A stretch of DNA of 64,000 bases from a virus (Duplodnaviria > Caudoviricetes). This document shows positions 56,737 to 64,000 of this stretch, one piece after another; the first letter of the stretch is position 1; every line of letters begins with the position of its first letter. The notes under the pieces were generated by a model. That model was not told the origin of the DNA. It searched no databases and saw only the letters and a list, made by a program, of their open reading frames with translations. The stretch is taken from positions 2,018 through 66,017 of IMG/VR virus record IMGVR_UViG_3300042540_000565. One strand, 5' to 3'. The position numbers were made by a program, and so were the translations under genes.

Positions 56737-56744
56737 TACTTTTG
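56737..56744 (+). promoter_or_regulatory. -7 box TACTTTTG upstream of the tRNA cluster
   Basis: TAnnTTTG match. Confidence 0.45.
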
Positions 56745-56863
56745 TGGTATTATGAAGCATGCAACAAATATTCTGTGGTCCTTCCGGTAAGGACTCCCGT
56801 GAATAGGATGGTTAGCGCCATGAATAAGCGGGTTTAACGGGCTTTGGTGGGTTTTATATTTAT

Positions 56864-56936
56864 GGCGGGGTAGAGAAGTGGTCATCTCACTGGTCTCATA
56901 AGTCGGCAATCGCAAGTTCGAATCTTGCCCCCGCTA
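56864..56936 (+). tRNA. tRNA with CAT anticodon (Met, initiator-like body)
   Basis: Acceptor GGCGGGG/CCCCGCT, D-stem GAGA/TCTC, anticodon loop CTCATAA, T-arm GCAAG-TTCGAAT-CTTGC; CCA not encoded. Confidence 0.85.
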
Positions 56937-56980
56937 CGAAAGTCCAACCATGAAATAAAAACTCAGTGGCTCTGGCGGTT

Positions 56981-57070
56981 TGTGTAGTGCCGCAGATGGT
57001 TAGCGGATGGGGCCTTGTATGAAATTGGCAAGCAACCCTGCAGTCGTTGGTTCGATTCCAACCTACACAA
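56981..57070 (+). ncRNA. tRNA-like RNA with an expanded anticodon arm
   Basis: Perfect acceptor TGTGTAG/CTACACA, D-arm CCGC/GCGG, T-arm GTTGG-TTCGATT-CCAAC, but 23 nt where the 7-nt anticodon loop should be. Confidence 0.7.
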
Positions 57071-57091
57071 TAATTAGTTCTTTAAACGTGT

Positions 57092-57160
57092 TGTGGGTAT
57101 TGGCTATAAACGTCAGTCTCGAAAGGATTATCTATCGAAGGTAGATAGTGCCCACTACCA
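57092..57160 (+). ncRNA. Degenerate cloverleaf ending in ACCA
   Basis: GTGGGTA/TGCCCAC stem, three internal hairpins and a 3' ACCA; lacks T- and D-loop consensus. Confidence 0.4.
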
Positions 57161-57166
57161 AATTAA

Positions 57167-57302
57167 GCATCCGGCTTGTTGCTTTGACCCCCTGAATCGG
57201 ATAACTGGGGTTCCTGAACCTGGGATGGAAATGAGTGGCAAAACAATTGTCAGACACAGGTAAAATCGTGACAGTCGGGAAAGACCGACCCCTTTCGGGG
57301 GA
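57167..57302 (+). ncRNA. Candidate structured ncRNA (hairpin series)
   Basis: CATCC/GGATG, GACCCC/GGGGTT, TGTCA/TGACA, GTCGG-GAAAGA-CCGAC, CCCC-TTTC-GGGG. Confidence 0.4.
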
Positions 57303-57382
57303 TTGATTAGTAACCTATAAATTAATAAATATGGAAAAGAAGAAAGATGGTTCATCCGCAAAAAGTAAGACGGGGGTTCCAA

Positions 57383-57943
57383 ATGAGTAATAAAGATAAA
57401 GTCACTCCTAAAAAGGAGGAGGTAAAGGTTCCCATCTACGAAGTTTTCGACAAGGATTATAATAAGGTAGCTGTATGCTTTGATGAAAAAATCTCGGTTG
57501 TAGTGGGTAACTTCCTAAACAATGTTTACGAAGGAGGTGTTCTTCTTGCTCCCTATCCACCGATGGGTAAAAACTTTTTCATCAATAGAAGGACGGGAGA
57601 AGTGTTCTTGTATGATGGCACTAACTATGCTTGTATTGAAAAGCAAATTGAACAGTCTAAGAAAATACCCTCAGGCACTTGGTTACAAAAACAAGAAGAG
57701 GAACTTCTTGCCAGTCTGAAAAAGGAACAGGATGATATGTGGGGACGTTCCCACGACCTATTGATGGATAAGCTTAACGGCTTGTATCCTGAAAAGGAAA
57801 ATAAGGATTTAGTGCTACGTACCCAACTTCCATCCGACCAACAGGTAAGGGATTGGATTAAAGACAATGAGGAGCTATTCGGATTTGACCAAAACACAAA
57901 ACTAACTATCCTCGCCTTTATGGGGTGGGTTAAAAGCAGATGA
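57383..57943 (+). CDS. Hypothetical protein
   Basis: Likely start is MSNKDK at 57383 within the tracked ORF 57347-57943. Confidence 0.5.
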   Translation: MSNKDKVTPKKEEVKVPIYEVFDKDYNKVAVCFDEKISVVVGNFLNNVYEGGVLLAPYPPMGKNFFINRRTGEVFLYDGTNYACIEKQIEQSKKIPSGTWLQKQEEELLASLKKEQDDMWGRSHDLLMDKLNGLYPEKENKDLVLRTQLPSDQQVRDWIKDNEELFGFDQNTKLTILAFMGWVKSR

Positions 57944-58308
57944 TTAAGAAGAGTCAGGGATATAAGGGTAAGATAGACTTGGAGGCCTGCTCCTACTGTG
58001 GTGATAGGATTAATAGTTTCTCCCGCACTACGGACCACTTGGTTCCTGAAAGTAGGGGTGGGATAAAGAGTAATGATAATAGGGTTCCTTCTTGTTCTCA
58101 ATGTAATAGGATGAAGGGAGATATGAATGTCGAGGAGTTTAAAAGGTATATGGAGAGAGTCATTGAGTTAGAATACAGTTGGATAAAAATTAAGACGGGA
58201 TACTTTAAGCGTGTTGCAATGAACTGCAGGCGAATATTGACAGAAAGCACCCCGCGAGATATTGTTATAGAATCAAAAAATAATCCGGATGCTAAAGATA
58301 ATAGATGA
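57940..58308 (+). CDS. HNH endonuclease
   Basis: CSYCG...TTDHLVPESRGG...NRVPSCSQCNRMKG. Confidence 0.88.
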   Translation: MIKKSQGYKGKIDLEACSYCGDRINSFSRTTDHLVPESRGGIKSNDNRVPSCSQCNRMKGDMNVEEFKRYMERVIELEYSWIKIKTGYFKRVAMNCRRILTESTPRDIVIESKNNPDAKDNR

Positions 58309-58690
58309 TGATGGCGAGATAGTCTATGAGTTTAATCAGTCCGGTTCCTTTGGGATGATAGAAAATAGATTTCTTATAGATATGGCCACAGGCGCCTACG
58401 ATAAAAGCGAAATGAAGGCTATGTGTCATCTTATGAATACCTGCCGGTGGGATAACGTGGTGGAAAAGGAAATAGGAAAAGGAGCCAAGGTAATCGGGAT
58501 AACCTACAAAGCTTATGCGGAATTATTTAATCGCCTAATAGAAAAAAAGGTAATTTTAATCAACGAAGAGGTTCACTACTTCAATCCCTCCCTGTTCAGA
58601 AGGAAGGCATTTAAGAAGAAAACCCCCTTCGTCCCGTGGAACAATAAGGTTCTACATAACGATAAAACAAAAGAAGAGTTCGACACATGA
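58289..58690 (+). CDS. Winged-helix protein (RepL-like pattern; possible small terminase subunit)
   Basis: GITYKAYAELFNRLIEKKVIL...YFNPSLF. Confidence 0.45.
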   Translation: MLKIIDDDGEIVYEFNQSGSFGMIENRFLIDMATGAYDKSEMKAMCHLMNTCRWDNVVEKEIGKGAKVIGITYKAYAELFNRLIEKKVILINEEVHYFNPSLFRRKAFKKKTPFVPWNNKVLHNDKTKEEFDT

Positions 58691-59079
58691 AAGTAATATT
58701 ATTTTTAGATGACTTTCGAAACCCCTTCAAAGAAGGTAGGGTTCACCTTCCCGTAAAGGGGGAGGAAGAAGAGTCTGTGGTGTGGGTAAAAACATTCCAA
58801 CAGTTCAAAAGCTGGATAGAAGAAAATGGATTGCCTGATCATATATGCTTAGACCACGACCTACATAAAGAACACTATCACAAGGATATGTACAAAGGAA
58901 TGGCGGCTTATAATAAACACTACCAAACCTTTGAACATAAAACAGGCAGGGATGCTGCTATGTGGCTTATCAAATATTGTAGTGATGAAAAAAAGCCCGT
59001 CCCCAAATGGACAGTCCACTCATCTAATCCTGTGGGGAAAGAGAATATAAAAATGCTACTTAAAGCCTTTACAAAATAA
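58687..59079 (+). CDS. Cyclic-phosphate-processing receiver domain protein
   Basis: LFLDDFRNP...VWVKT...ICLDHDL...TGRDAAMWL...VHSSNPVGKENI, the characteristic motif set of this receiver-like family. Confidence 0.8.
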   Translation: MKVILFLDDFRNPFKEGRVHLPVKGEEEESVVWVKTFQQFKSWIEENGLPDHICLDHDLHKEHYHKDMYKGMAAYNKHYQTFEHKTGRDAAMWLIKYCSDEKKPVPKWTVHSSNPVGKENIKMLLKAFTK

Positions 59080-61091
59080 TGCCCATAGAAACCTCAGAAT
59101 GGAAGATTAATAAACATCCTCTGGATTACGATCCGGAACTAATATCGTGGATAAAAAAAATCAATATCGATTTTAGAAAAAGAGGCAAGTATAAACCATT
59201 CGAACTATACTGTAAACAAGCCCAGGAGTGGGCGGATGACCCGTTCACATTGGCGGATTGTAAGGACTATGACGAACAAGTATGGTGGCTAAAAAGAAAC
59301 CATATCCGCTGTAAAGAAAATACACTCTTCTATGCCAATCAATATGGCGTTCTAAAGGATGGTTCTGGAGAAGGCGGTATCACAAAGTTCGAGTCTTGGG
59401 AAGGTCAAAAGATTGTCCTCCACCTTCTCGATAGAGGATACTCAACCATGATCGGTAAGGGAAGGCAGTTTGGTTTCACCTCCGTAATGGGGATATTCGC
59501 TAATAAAAAGATAAACTTCAACAAAAACTTATTCATAAAATTCGTTACCCATAACGCAGATAAAGGTGTCGAAATATTCTTGGATAAAATCAAATGGCCA
59601 TTCGGTCAGATACCCGATGCTATCCGTCACCACGTAGTTAACGATAGAGATAACCTACTAAAGCTGGGAGAGAAAGAAGAGAAAGGTAAAACACGAGGGA
59701 TGGGTTCGTCCGTTAAGGTGGATACCCCCGCTGTAGATGCCATCAATGGTGGTTCACCGGATATTGTAATGATTGATGAGATTGGTCTATTTGATATCTT
59801 CGGAACAATGATGCGTGAGGGTAGACCGACAATGTTTAGGTACGACCCCGTACTGAAAAAGCAAACTATGGTTAGACAGCTAATAGCTTGGGGAACGGGA
59901 GGGCAGATGGGAATGGGAGCCACCGCCTTTGAGGAGGAGTTTATGGCAGCCATCCATTCATTTAATGAAGGTAATCTTAGCTACGGTATCATCCCAATAT
60001 TCTTCAATGCCTTTGCTCGTGAAGGTTTGACACAAGAAATGTTCGATGCTGAAAAAGCAAAATACTATAGCGTTCAAGGTAGAGAAGGAGAGATAGCCAG
60101 GGTTCAGTTCCACCAACATTACCCTATGTCTATTGAGGATATGTTCCTGCGTACCGCATCTACACTCGTTCCTGTCGGAGAGATAAATAAAAAAATGCAG
60201 GTCATCTATAACATGGACCCTAAGCCTAAGCATGGATATTTTGAACCGATAATGAATAATCAGGATCAGATTATCGGATGTAAGTTTGTGCCCGTTGGTG
60301 ATGATTCAAATATGATTGCCCCCGTTACTATTATCGAAGAACCGGAGGATGGCTATGACCATAGATACTACCAAGGTACTGACCCCATAAGCTCGGAATC
60401 GGGACACTCAAAGATGGGGTCCGCAATTATCGATGCCCAAAAAATGTCTGTTTCTGCCTTCGTAAACTTTAGAGATAAGGATCTAAAATATGTATTTGGG
60501 CAAGTATTAATGCTCGGATTGTATTATCGTGGCGGAACAAACCCCTGTGCGATGGAACTTACAGAGGCAAATATTGGTGACTTCTATTTCAATTTCAAGA
60601 AGGATAATGGATACGAAACTTCCTTCACTCCTCAACGTGCCCTACCGGCTTTCCTCCAAATTAATACCCAAAAATGGTGGGGTATAAGTAACAAGGTGCA
60701 GACTAAAGGGAAGATTATAACCAAGCTTTCGGAGCTTATAGATGGCTACGGTGATAACATTATGTGCCTTCCATTTTGGGTGCAACTAAAGACCTTCGTG
60801 GAGAAATCTCTTGTTCCTAAAAATGGTACACAGACACAGAATACCGGAAGGCTTACAAGCTACCAAGCTGCAGATTTGAGAAGGGATTATGATGACATGA
60901 TCTTCGGAATCGTATATGCCTACATAAATGTACTGGCTTATCAAAGGTTTGAACCCGTTAGTGTTGGATCTTCAATACAAGGAAGCGGTAAAACAATGGT
61001 CAAGTATATGCAGAACGCACAAACTGGATGGGCAAGAAGACGCTGTTTAGTAGATAGTAAAGGAAAAATATTGAAAATGGGCGTAACTTAA
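59079..61091 (+). CDS. terL: Terminase large subunit
   Basis: Walker A GKGRQFGFTS, Walker B VMIDEIG, RNase H-like YQGTDP...SKMGS...YDD. Confidence 0.92.
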   Translation: MPIETSEWKINKHPLDYDPELISWIKKINIDFRKRGKYKPFELYCKQAQEWADDPFTLADCKDYDEQVWWLKRNHIRCKENTLFYANQYGVLKDGSGEGGITKFESWEGQKIVLHLLDRGYSTMIGKGRQFGFTSVMGIFANKKINFNKNLFIKFVTHNADKGVEIFLDKIKWPFGQIPDAIRHHVVNDRDNLLKLGEKEEKGKTRGMGSSVKVDTPAVDAINGGSPDIVMIDEIGLFDIFGTMMREGRPTMFRYDPVLKKQTMVRQLIAWGTGGQMGMGATAFEEEFMAAIHSFNEGNLSYGIIPIFFNAFAREGLTQEMFDAEKAKYYSVQGREGEIARVQFHQHYPMSIEDMFLRTASTLVPVGEINKKMQVIYNMDPKPKHGYFEPIMNNQDQIIGCKFVPVGDDSNMIAPVTIIEEPEDGYDHRYYQGTDPISSESGHSKMGSAIIDAQKMSVSAFVNFRDKDLKYVFGQVLMLGLYYRGGTNPCAMELTEANIGDFYFNFKKDNGYETSFTPQRALPAFLQINTQKWWGISNKVQTKGKIITKLSELIDGYGDNIMCLPFWVQLKTFVEKSLVPKNGTQTQNTGRLTSYQAADLRRDYDDMIFGIVYAYINVLAYQRFEPVSVGSSIQGSGKTMVKYMQNAQTGWARRRCLVDSKGKILKMGVT

Positions 61092-61115
61092 TTTGGATAT
61101 ATGTAACTTATAGTT

Positions 61116-61123
61116 TACATTTG
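61116..61123 (+). promoter_or_regulatory. -7 box TACATTTG
   Basis: TAnnTTTG match after terL. Confidence 0.5.
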
Positions 61124-61141
61124 AAGTCTAAATTAAAAACT

Positions 61142-61399
61142 ATGACAAGCATGATTCTTTTTATTCTCGGATGCTCAGGCATTACGATTATCATTACTCT
61201 TTCTTTACTAATGGAGCCTTTCCGTAATTTCTTTAAGAAGAGATCACCCTTTTTATTCAAGTTACTTTCCTGCCCTATGTGCTTTGGTGTTTATGTTGGT
61301 GTGGGTATGCTTGCCCTTCAGGGAACGGTGGTCTATGACTACATTATGGCCGGAGGAAGTATTTCCCTTGTTTCTTGGGTAATTGGAAAGAACGCATGA
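61142..61399 (+). CDS. DUF1360-like membrane protein
   Basis: PFRNFF...LLSCPMCFGVYVG between TM helices; likely start is ATG 61142. Confidence 0.7.
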   Translation: MTSMILFILGCSGITIIITLSLLMEPFRNFFKKRSPFLFKLLSCPMCFGVYVGVGMLALQGTVVYDYIMAGGSISLVSWVIGKNA

Positions 61400-61719
61400 G
61401 TCCAGTTTCATTATTTAGGCAGCTCCGCCACCTTCATAAAATGGATTATTCGGTAGGTAAACTACAGAAGGAATTGAAATGCTCCAGGTATACTATCAAA
61501 ACTTATTTCGAAAATAACTATAAGCTCGATGGTCTTACACGTATGGTTTTAGAAAAGTCAATTAATCAAATAATAGCAAAGCACTATGAACTTAGGAAAG
61601 GTAATAAAGAAGCTACGAACAGACAACAAAATGACTCAAGAGGAACTATCCCTCCGCCTTGGGGTAACTCGCCCTTACATTCACATGATGGAGGACGGGG
61701 AGCGCAATCCCTCTCCTGA
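61396..61719 (+). CDS. HTH-like small protein; 3' part overlaps the next gene
   Basis: YSVGKLQKELKCSRYTIKTYF HTH-like segment. Confidence 0.4.
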   Translation: MSPVSLFRQLRHLHKMDYSVGKLQKELKCSRYTIKTYFENNYKLDGLTRMVLEKSINQIIAKHYELRKGNKEATNRQQNDSRGTIPPPWGNSPLHSHDGGRGAQSLS

Positions 61720-61870
61720 TCTTATTGATGGGTTGGCAATAATATTTGATATTCCTGCAGCTATCCTTATGTTTATGGCTATTGAGGAAACGGATATTAA
61801 GGAGTCGAAAAGGAAGTATTTTGCTAAGACAAAAGCGGATATAGATATTCTGATTACTAATTTATTATAA
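61586..61870 (+). CDS. XRE-family HTH regulator
   Basis: IKKLRTDNKMTQEELSLRLGVTRPYIHMMEDGERNPS. Confidence 0.85.
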   Translation: MNLGKVIKKLRTDNKMTQEELSLRLGVTRPYIHMMEDGERNPSPDLIDGLAIIFDIPAAILMFMAIEETDIKESKRKYFAKTKADIDILITNLL

Positions 61871-61894
61871 AGATTATCTAAACCAATACTTTAA

Positions 61895-62359
61895 GTGGCT
61901 AAAAAATTTAAAAAAGTTCACCTTGATTGCGGGAGCTGTGGCAACCAAATAGACTTTACTGTTACTATAAAGACAAGTAACGCCTCCATCTTCTGTGGCA
62001 AGTGTAATGAGTTTATTCGAAAGATACCCACCTTTAAAATGGCTCCTTTTATGGAGACGGAATATAAGAATATGATATTTCCTTTCGGTAAATATAAGGG
62101 GGTAATAATCTCCACTATGATTAGAACGGAGGAGATAAGTTACCTATATTGGGTGCGGACGGATAAGCTTTGGCAGACCATGGACTACCATTTAAAGCAA
62201 TGTATCAACCGTCAGCTGGAGAATTACACCCAAATGCAAAAAGAAGGTACTCTTCCTAAAGACAACGAAATGAGGGAGAAGGGAAGGATTTTGATAGATC
62301 CTTTGGATGGGATGAAGGTTCCTGAAAAAAAATTTACATCGGATGACTTGCCAATTTAA
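61895..62359 (+). CDS. Zn-ribbon plus DUF3820-like (FGKY) protein with a DDLPI tail
   Basis: CGSC...CGKC; IFPFGKYKG...YLYWV; GTG start. Confidence 0.65.
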   Translation: MAKKFKKVHLDCGSCGNQIDFTVTIKTSNASIFCGKCNEFIRKIPTFKMAPFMETEYKNMIFPFGKYKGVIISTMIRTEEISYLYWVRTDKLWQTMDYHLKQCINRQLENYTQMQKEGTLPKDNEMREKGRILIDPLDGMKVPEKKFTSDDLPI

Positions 62360-62369
62360 AAAGTTTATT

Positions 62370-62496
62370 TATCTTTGCCTTGTACTTTTAGCGAAGCACA
62401 AAAATTACTTAGGATTTTTTCTAAAACATATTGGTAGAAATACCGCAAAAAACCCAACAGTTAAAACCTGTACTTCGCTAAAGTATGGGTTTTTTG
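62370..62496 (+). promoter_or_regulatory. Promoter TATCTTTG plus a leader with interleaved inverted repeats and a T-tract
   Basis: TACTTTTAGCGAAGCACA/TGTACTTCGCTAAAGTA and AAAAAACCCA/TGGGTTTTTT. Confidence 0.55.
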
Positions 62497-62753
62497 TTTT
62501 ATATAGCTTTGGGCAGAGATATACCTTACCTACTAAATAAACCAACTAACCTCAGTTCTTTTGATAACTGACGGTACAATGCGGTTGCCGAACTTCAATT
62601 TAAAAGATTGTTGGATCGTGCAAATATTAGAAACAAGGAATTTCTTAAGGGGACTTTTTCCTTTGTTTCTTTATAAGTTATTCTGGGGACTTGTTGTACT
62701 TTGTTTGTTTCCTTTTGGATGTGCTGAATACGTAACTAATAATAATAAAAAAA

Positions 62754-62972
62754 ATGATTAACCTCCAACAAAACCTTAAGTACCTCCGGAAATTATCAGG
62801 TAAAACCCAACAAGAGATGGCGGATGCCATGAATATAGAGAAGGGTACTTACGCCTCTTATGAGGAAGGAAGATGTTCCCCAAAGATTTTGGGGCTTATT
62901 GCTATAAGTGATTATTACGGCACTTCGATTGATGTTTTGGTGAGGAAGGATATAGAAAATAACATACTATAG
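62754..62972 (+). CDS. XRE-family HTH regulator
   Basis: NLKYLRKLSGKTQQEMADAMNIEKGTYASYEEGRCSP. Confidence 0.88.
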   Translation: MINLQQNLKYLRKLSGKTQQEMADAMNIEKGTYASYEEGRCSPKILGLIAISDYYGTSIDVLVRKDIENNIL

Positions 62973-63027
62973 GATAGTTGGTTAATAAAAATATCTAAAG
63001 TTGTTGTTTAAGTTATATATTTTTTTT

Positions 63028-63035
63028 TAAATTTG
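63028..63035 (+). promoter_or_regulatory. -7 box TAAATTTG for the structural operon
   Basis: TAnnTTTG match 65 nt before ATG 63101. Confidence 0.55.
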
Positions 63036-63100
63036 CGAACATAAACCGTCCCATAGTGGGATCAAGTTAAAAACTTCGTTTAATTTAAAAAACAAAAAAA

Positions 63101-63895
63101 ATGGCACAACCAGTTTTTCAATTCACCGTTCTGAATACGATTCAGGCAGCGGCAGCTGACATTACGTTAGCTCAAGGAAATTTATCCGTAACAGATCTTG
63201 GTAGAGCAATCAAGCTCTCTGATGGTATCTCTTACACCGTATCACCTTATGCTGTAGGAACAGCTGCAGAATGGGACGCTACTTTCCCAGCCGTTCCGGT
63301 TCCTTCGACAAGTTATTTTGTAACTTTAGAGTTGCCAAACCACTTGGCTTTCCCTAATGGAGGTCAAAACTCTAACCAACTTTCAAGAATCCGCACCTAC
63401 ACGGTTTATACCGCTACTTCAGGTGAAACAGGAACTACTCTTGCTCAAAAGTTTGAGGCTTTAATTAATGCTGACCTTTGGGATGGCGTTATTAGATTTA
63501 CATCTTCTAATGCAGGTGCTGTATTAACTATCACTCAAGCGGCTGCTTCGGTTACTGCTTTAGATGGTATTCCAGTTGTTACGGCTACTTCAACAGTTAC
63601 TTTAAATAACACTACTCCAGGTGTTTTCCCGTCAGGAACTCCTTCACAGCTTATCGCTGCAGGTATACCAACTGTTAGTGTATCTCCAACTGCTGAGTAC
63701 TCAACTTACGATTTAGTTCTTCGTTACACAACTACTCGTGGAGTAGCTAATGGCGCAAGAGCATTTATCGAAGCTCGCGCAGTTATTTACGCAGATGAGC
63801 TTGCTGCAAACTTCGCTGCTTTTGACACAGAAATTATATCTATCCTTGATGGTTCTTATACACCTGTTGCGGACTTCTTAGGATTCGGTATGTAA
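63101..63895 (+). CDS. Abundant virion structural protein (head decoration/fibre-like)
   Basis: 264 aa, A/T/V-rich, with capsid-like codon bias, its own promoter and a terminator. Confidence 0.6.
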   Translation: MAQPVFQFTVLNTIQAAAADITLAQGNLSVTDLGRAIKLSDGISYTVSPYAVGTAAEWDATFPAVPVPSTSYFVTLELPNHLAFPNGGQNSNQLSRIRTYTVYTATSGETGTTLAQKFEALINADLWDGVIRFTSSNAGAVLTITQAAASVTALDGIPVVTATSTVTLNNTTPGVFPSGTPSQLIAAGIPTVSVSPTAEYSTYDLVLRYTTTRGVANGARAFIEARAVIYADELAANFAAFDTEIISILDGSYTPVADFLGFGM

Positions 63896-63935
63896 TACTG
63901 GCTTTCTTTCATGTTTTATATTAATAGGTCCTTTA

Positions 63936-63964
63936 AGGGTGGTGGTACAACTGCCACCCTTTTT
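63936..63964 (+). terminator. Intrinsic terminator
   Basis: AGGGTGGTGG-TACAA-CTGCCACCCT followed by TTTT. Confidence 0.7.
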
Positions 63965-63988
63965 GGTAAAAAATAAAAAAATAACATT

Positions 63989-64000
63989 ATGGCACTATAC
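63989..64000 (+). CDS. Start of an ORF (MALY...) truncated by the window edge
   Basis: ATG after an A-rich leader. Confidence 0.4.

Noticed and set aside
57013-57035. Canonical tRNA intron or class II variable arm
   Set aside because: Splicing at 37/38 gives a non-canonical loop, and the insert lies inside the anticodon stem rather than in the variable region.
62561-62761. 66-aa ORF before the XRE gene
   Set aside because: It has a TTG start with poor context and overlaps hairpins; it may be leader RNA. Left uncalled.
1-64000. Alternative genetic code (stop-codon reassignment as in some crAss-like phages)
   Set aside because: Long genes are intact in the standard code, and both TAG and TGA terminate coupled genes.

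Overview
The window is most of a ~35% GC lytic-type podovirus genome from a Bacteroidota host. The host call rests on TAnnTTTG promoter boxes, A-rich translation starts without Shine-Dalgarno sites and DDLPF-type SSB tails. It has three blocks. (1) 44-35931 (+) is a crAss-like virion operon: portal, scaffold, major capsid, three ring proteins with a GIY-YIG homing endonuclease inserted among them, muzzle/tail-stabilisation protein, GNAT, three ejection proteins including a 2951-aa giant, tail fibres and a lysis cassette. (2) 35928-55995 (-) holds early and replication genes: Twinkle-like primase-helicase, replication initiator, SSB-like protein, nucleases, many small host-takeover ORFs and an amidoligase/Ntn-glutamine amidotransferase/gamma-glutamylcyclotransferase trio. 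(3) 56864-64000 (+) holds a tRNA/ncRNA cluster, HNH, a cyclic-phosphate-processing receiver domain, terminase large subunit, XRE regulators and a structural gene. I found no virion RNA polymerase motif, DNA polymerase, integrase, CRISPR array or reverse transcriptase. The most unusual signals are non-coding: a 48-nt arm-less mini-tRNA (acceptor stem, T-arm, ACCA) at the 3' end of a ~0.7 kb hairpin-rich minus-strand region; a tRNA-like RNA with an expanded anticodon arm; a degenerate CCA-ending cloverleaf; a solitary integron attC-like site next to a lipoprotein gene; and two pseudoknot/attenuator-like 5' leaders. All family assignments come from motif recognition by eye, not from database searches.
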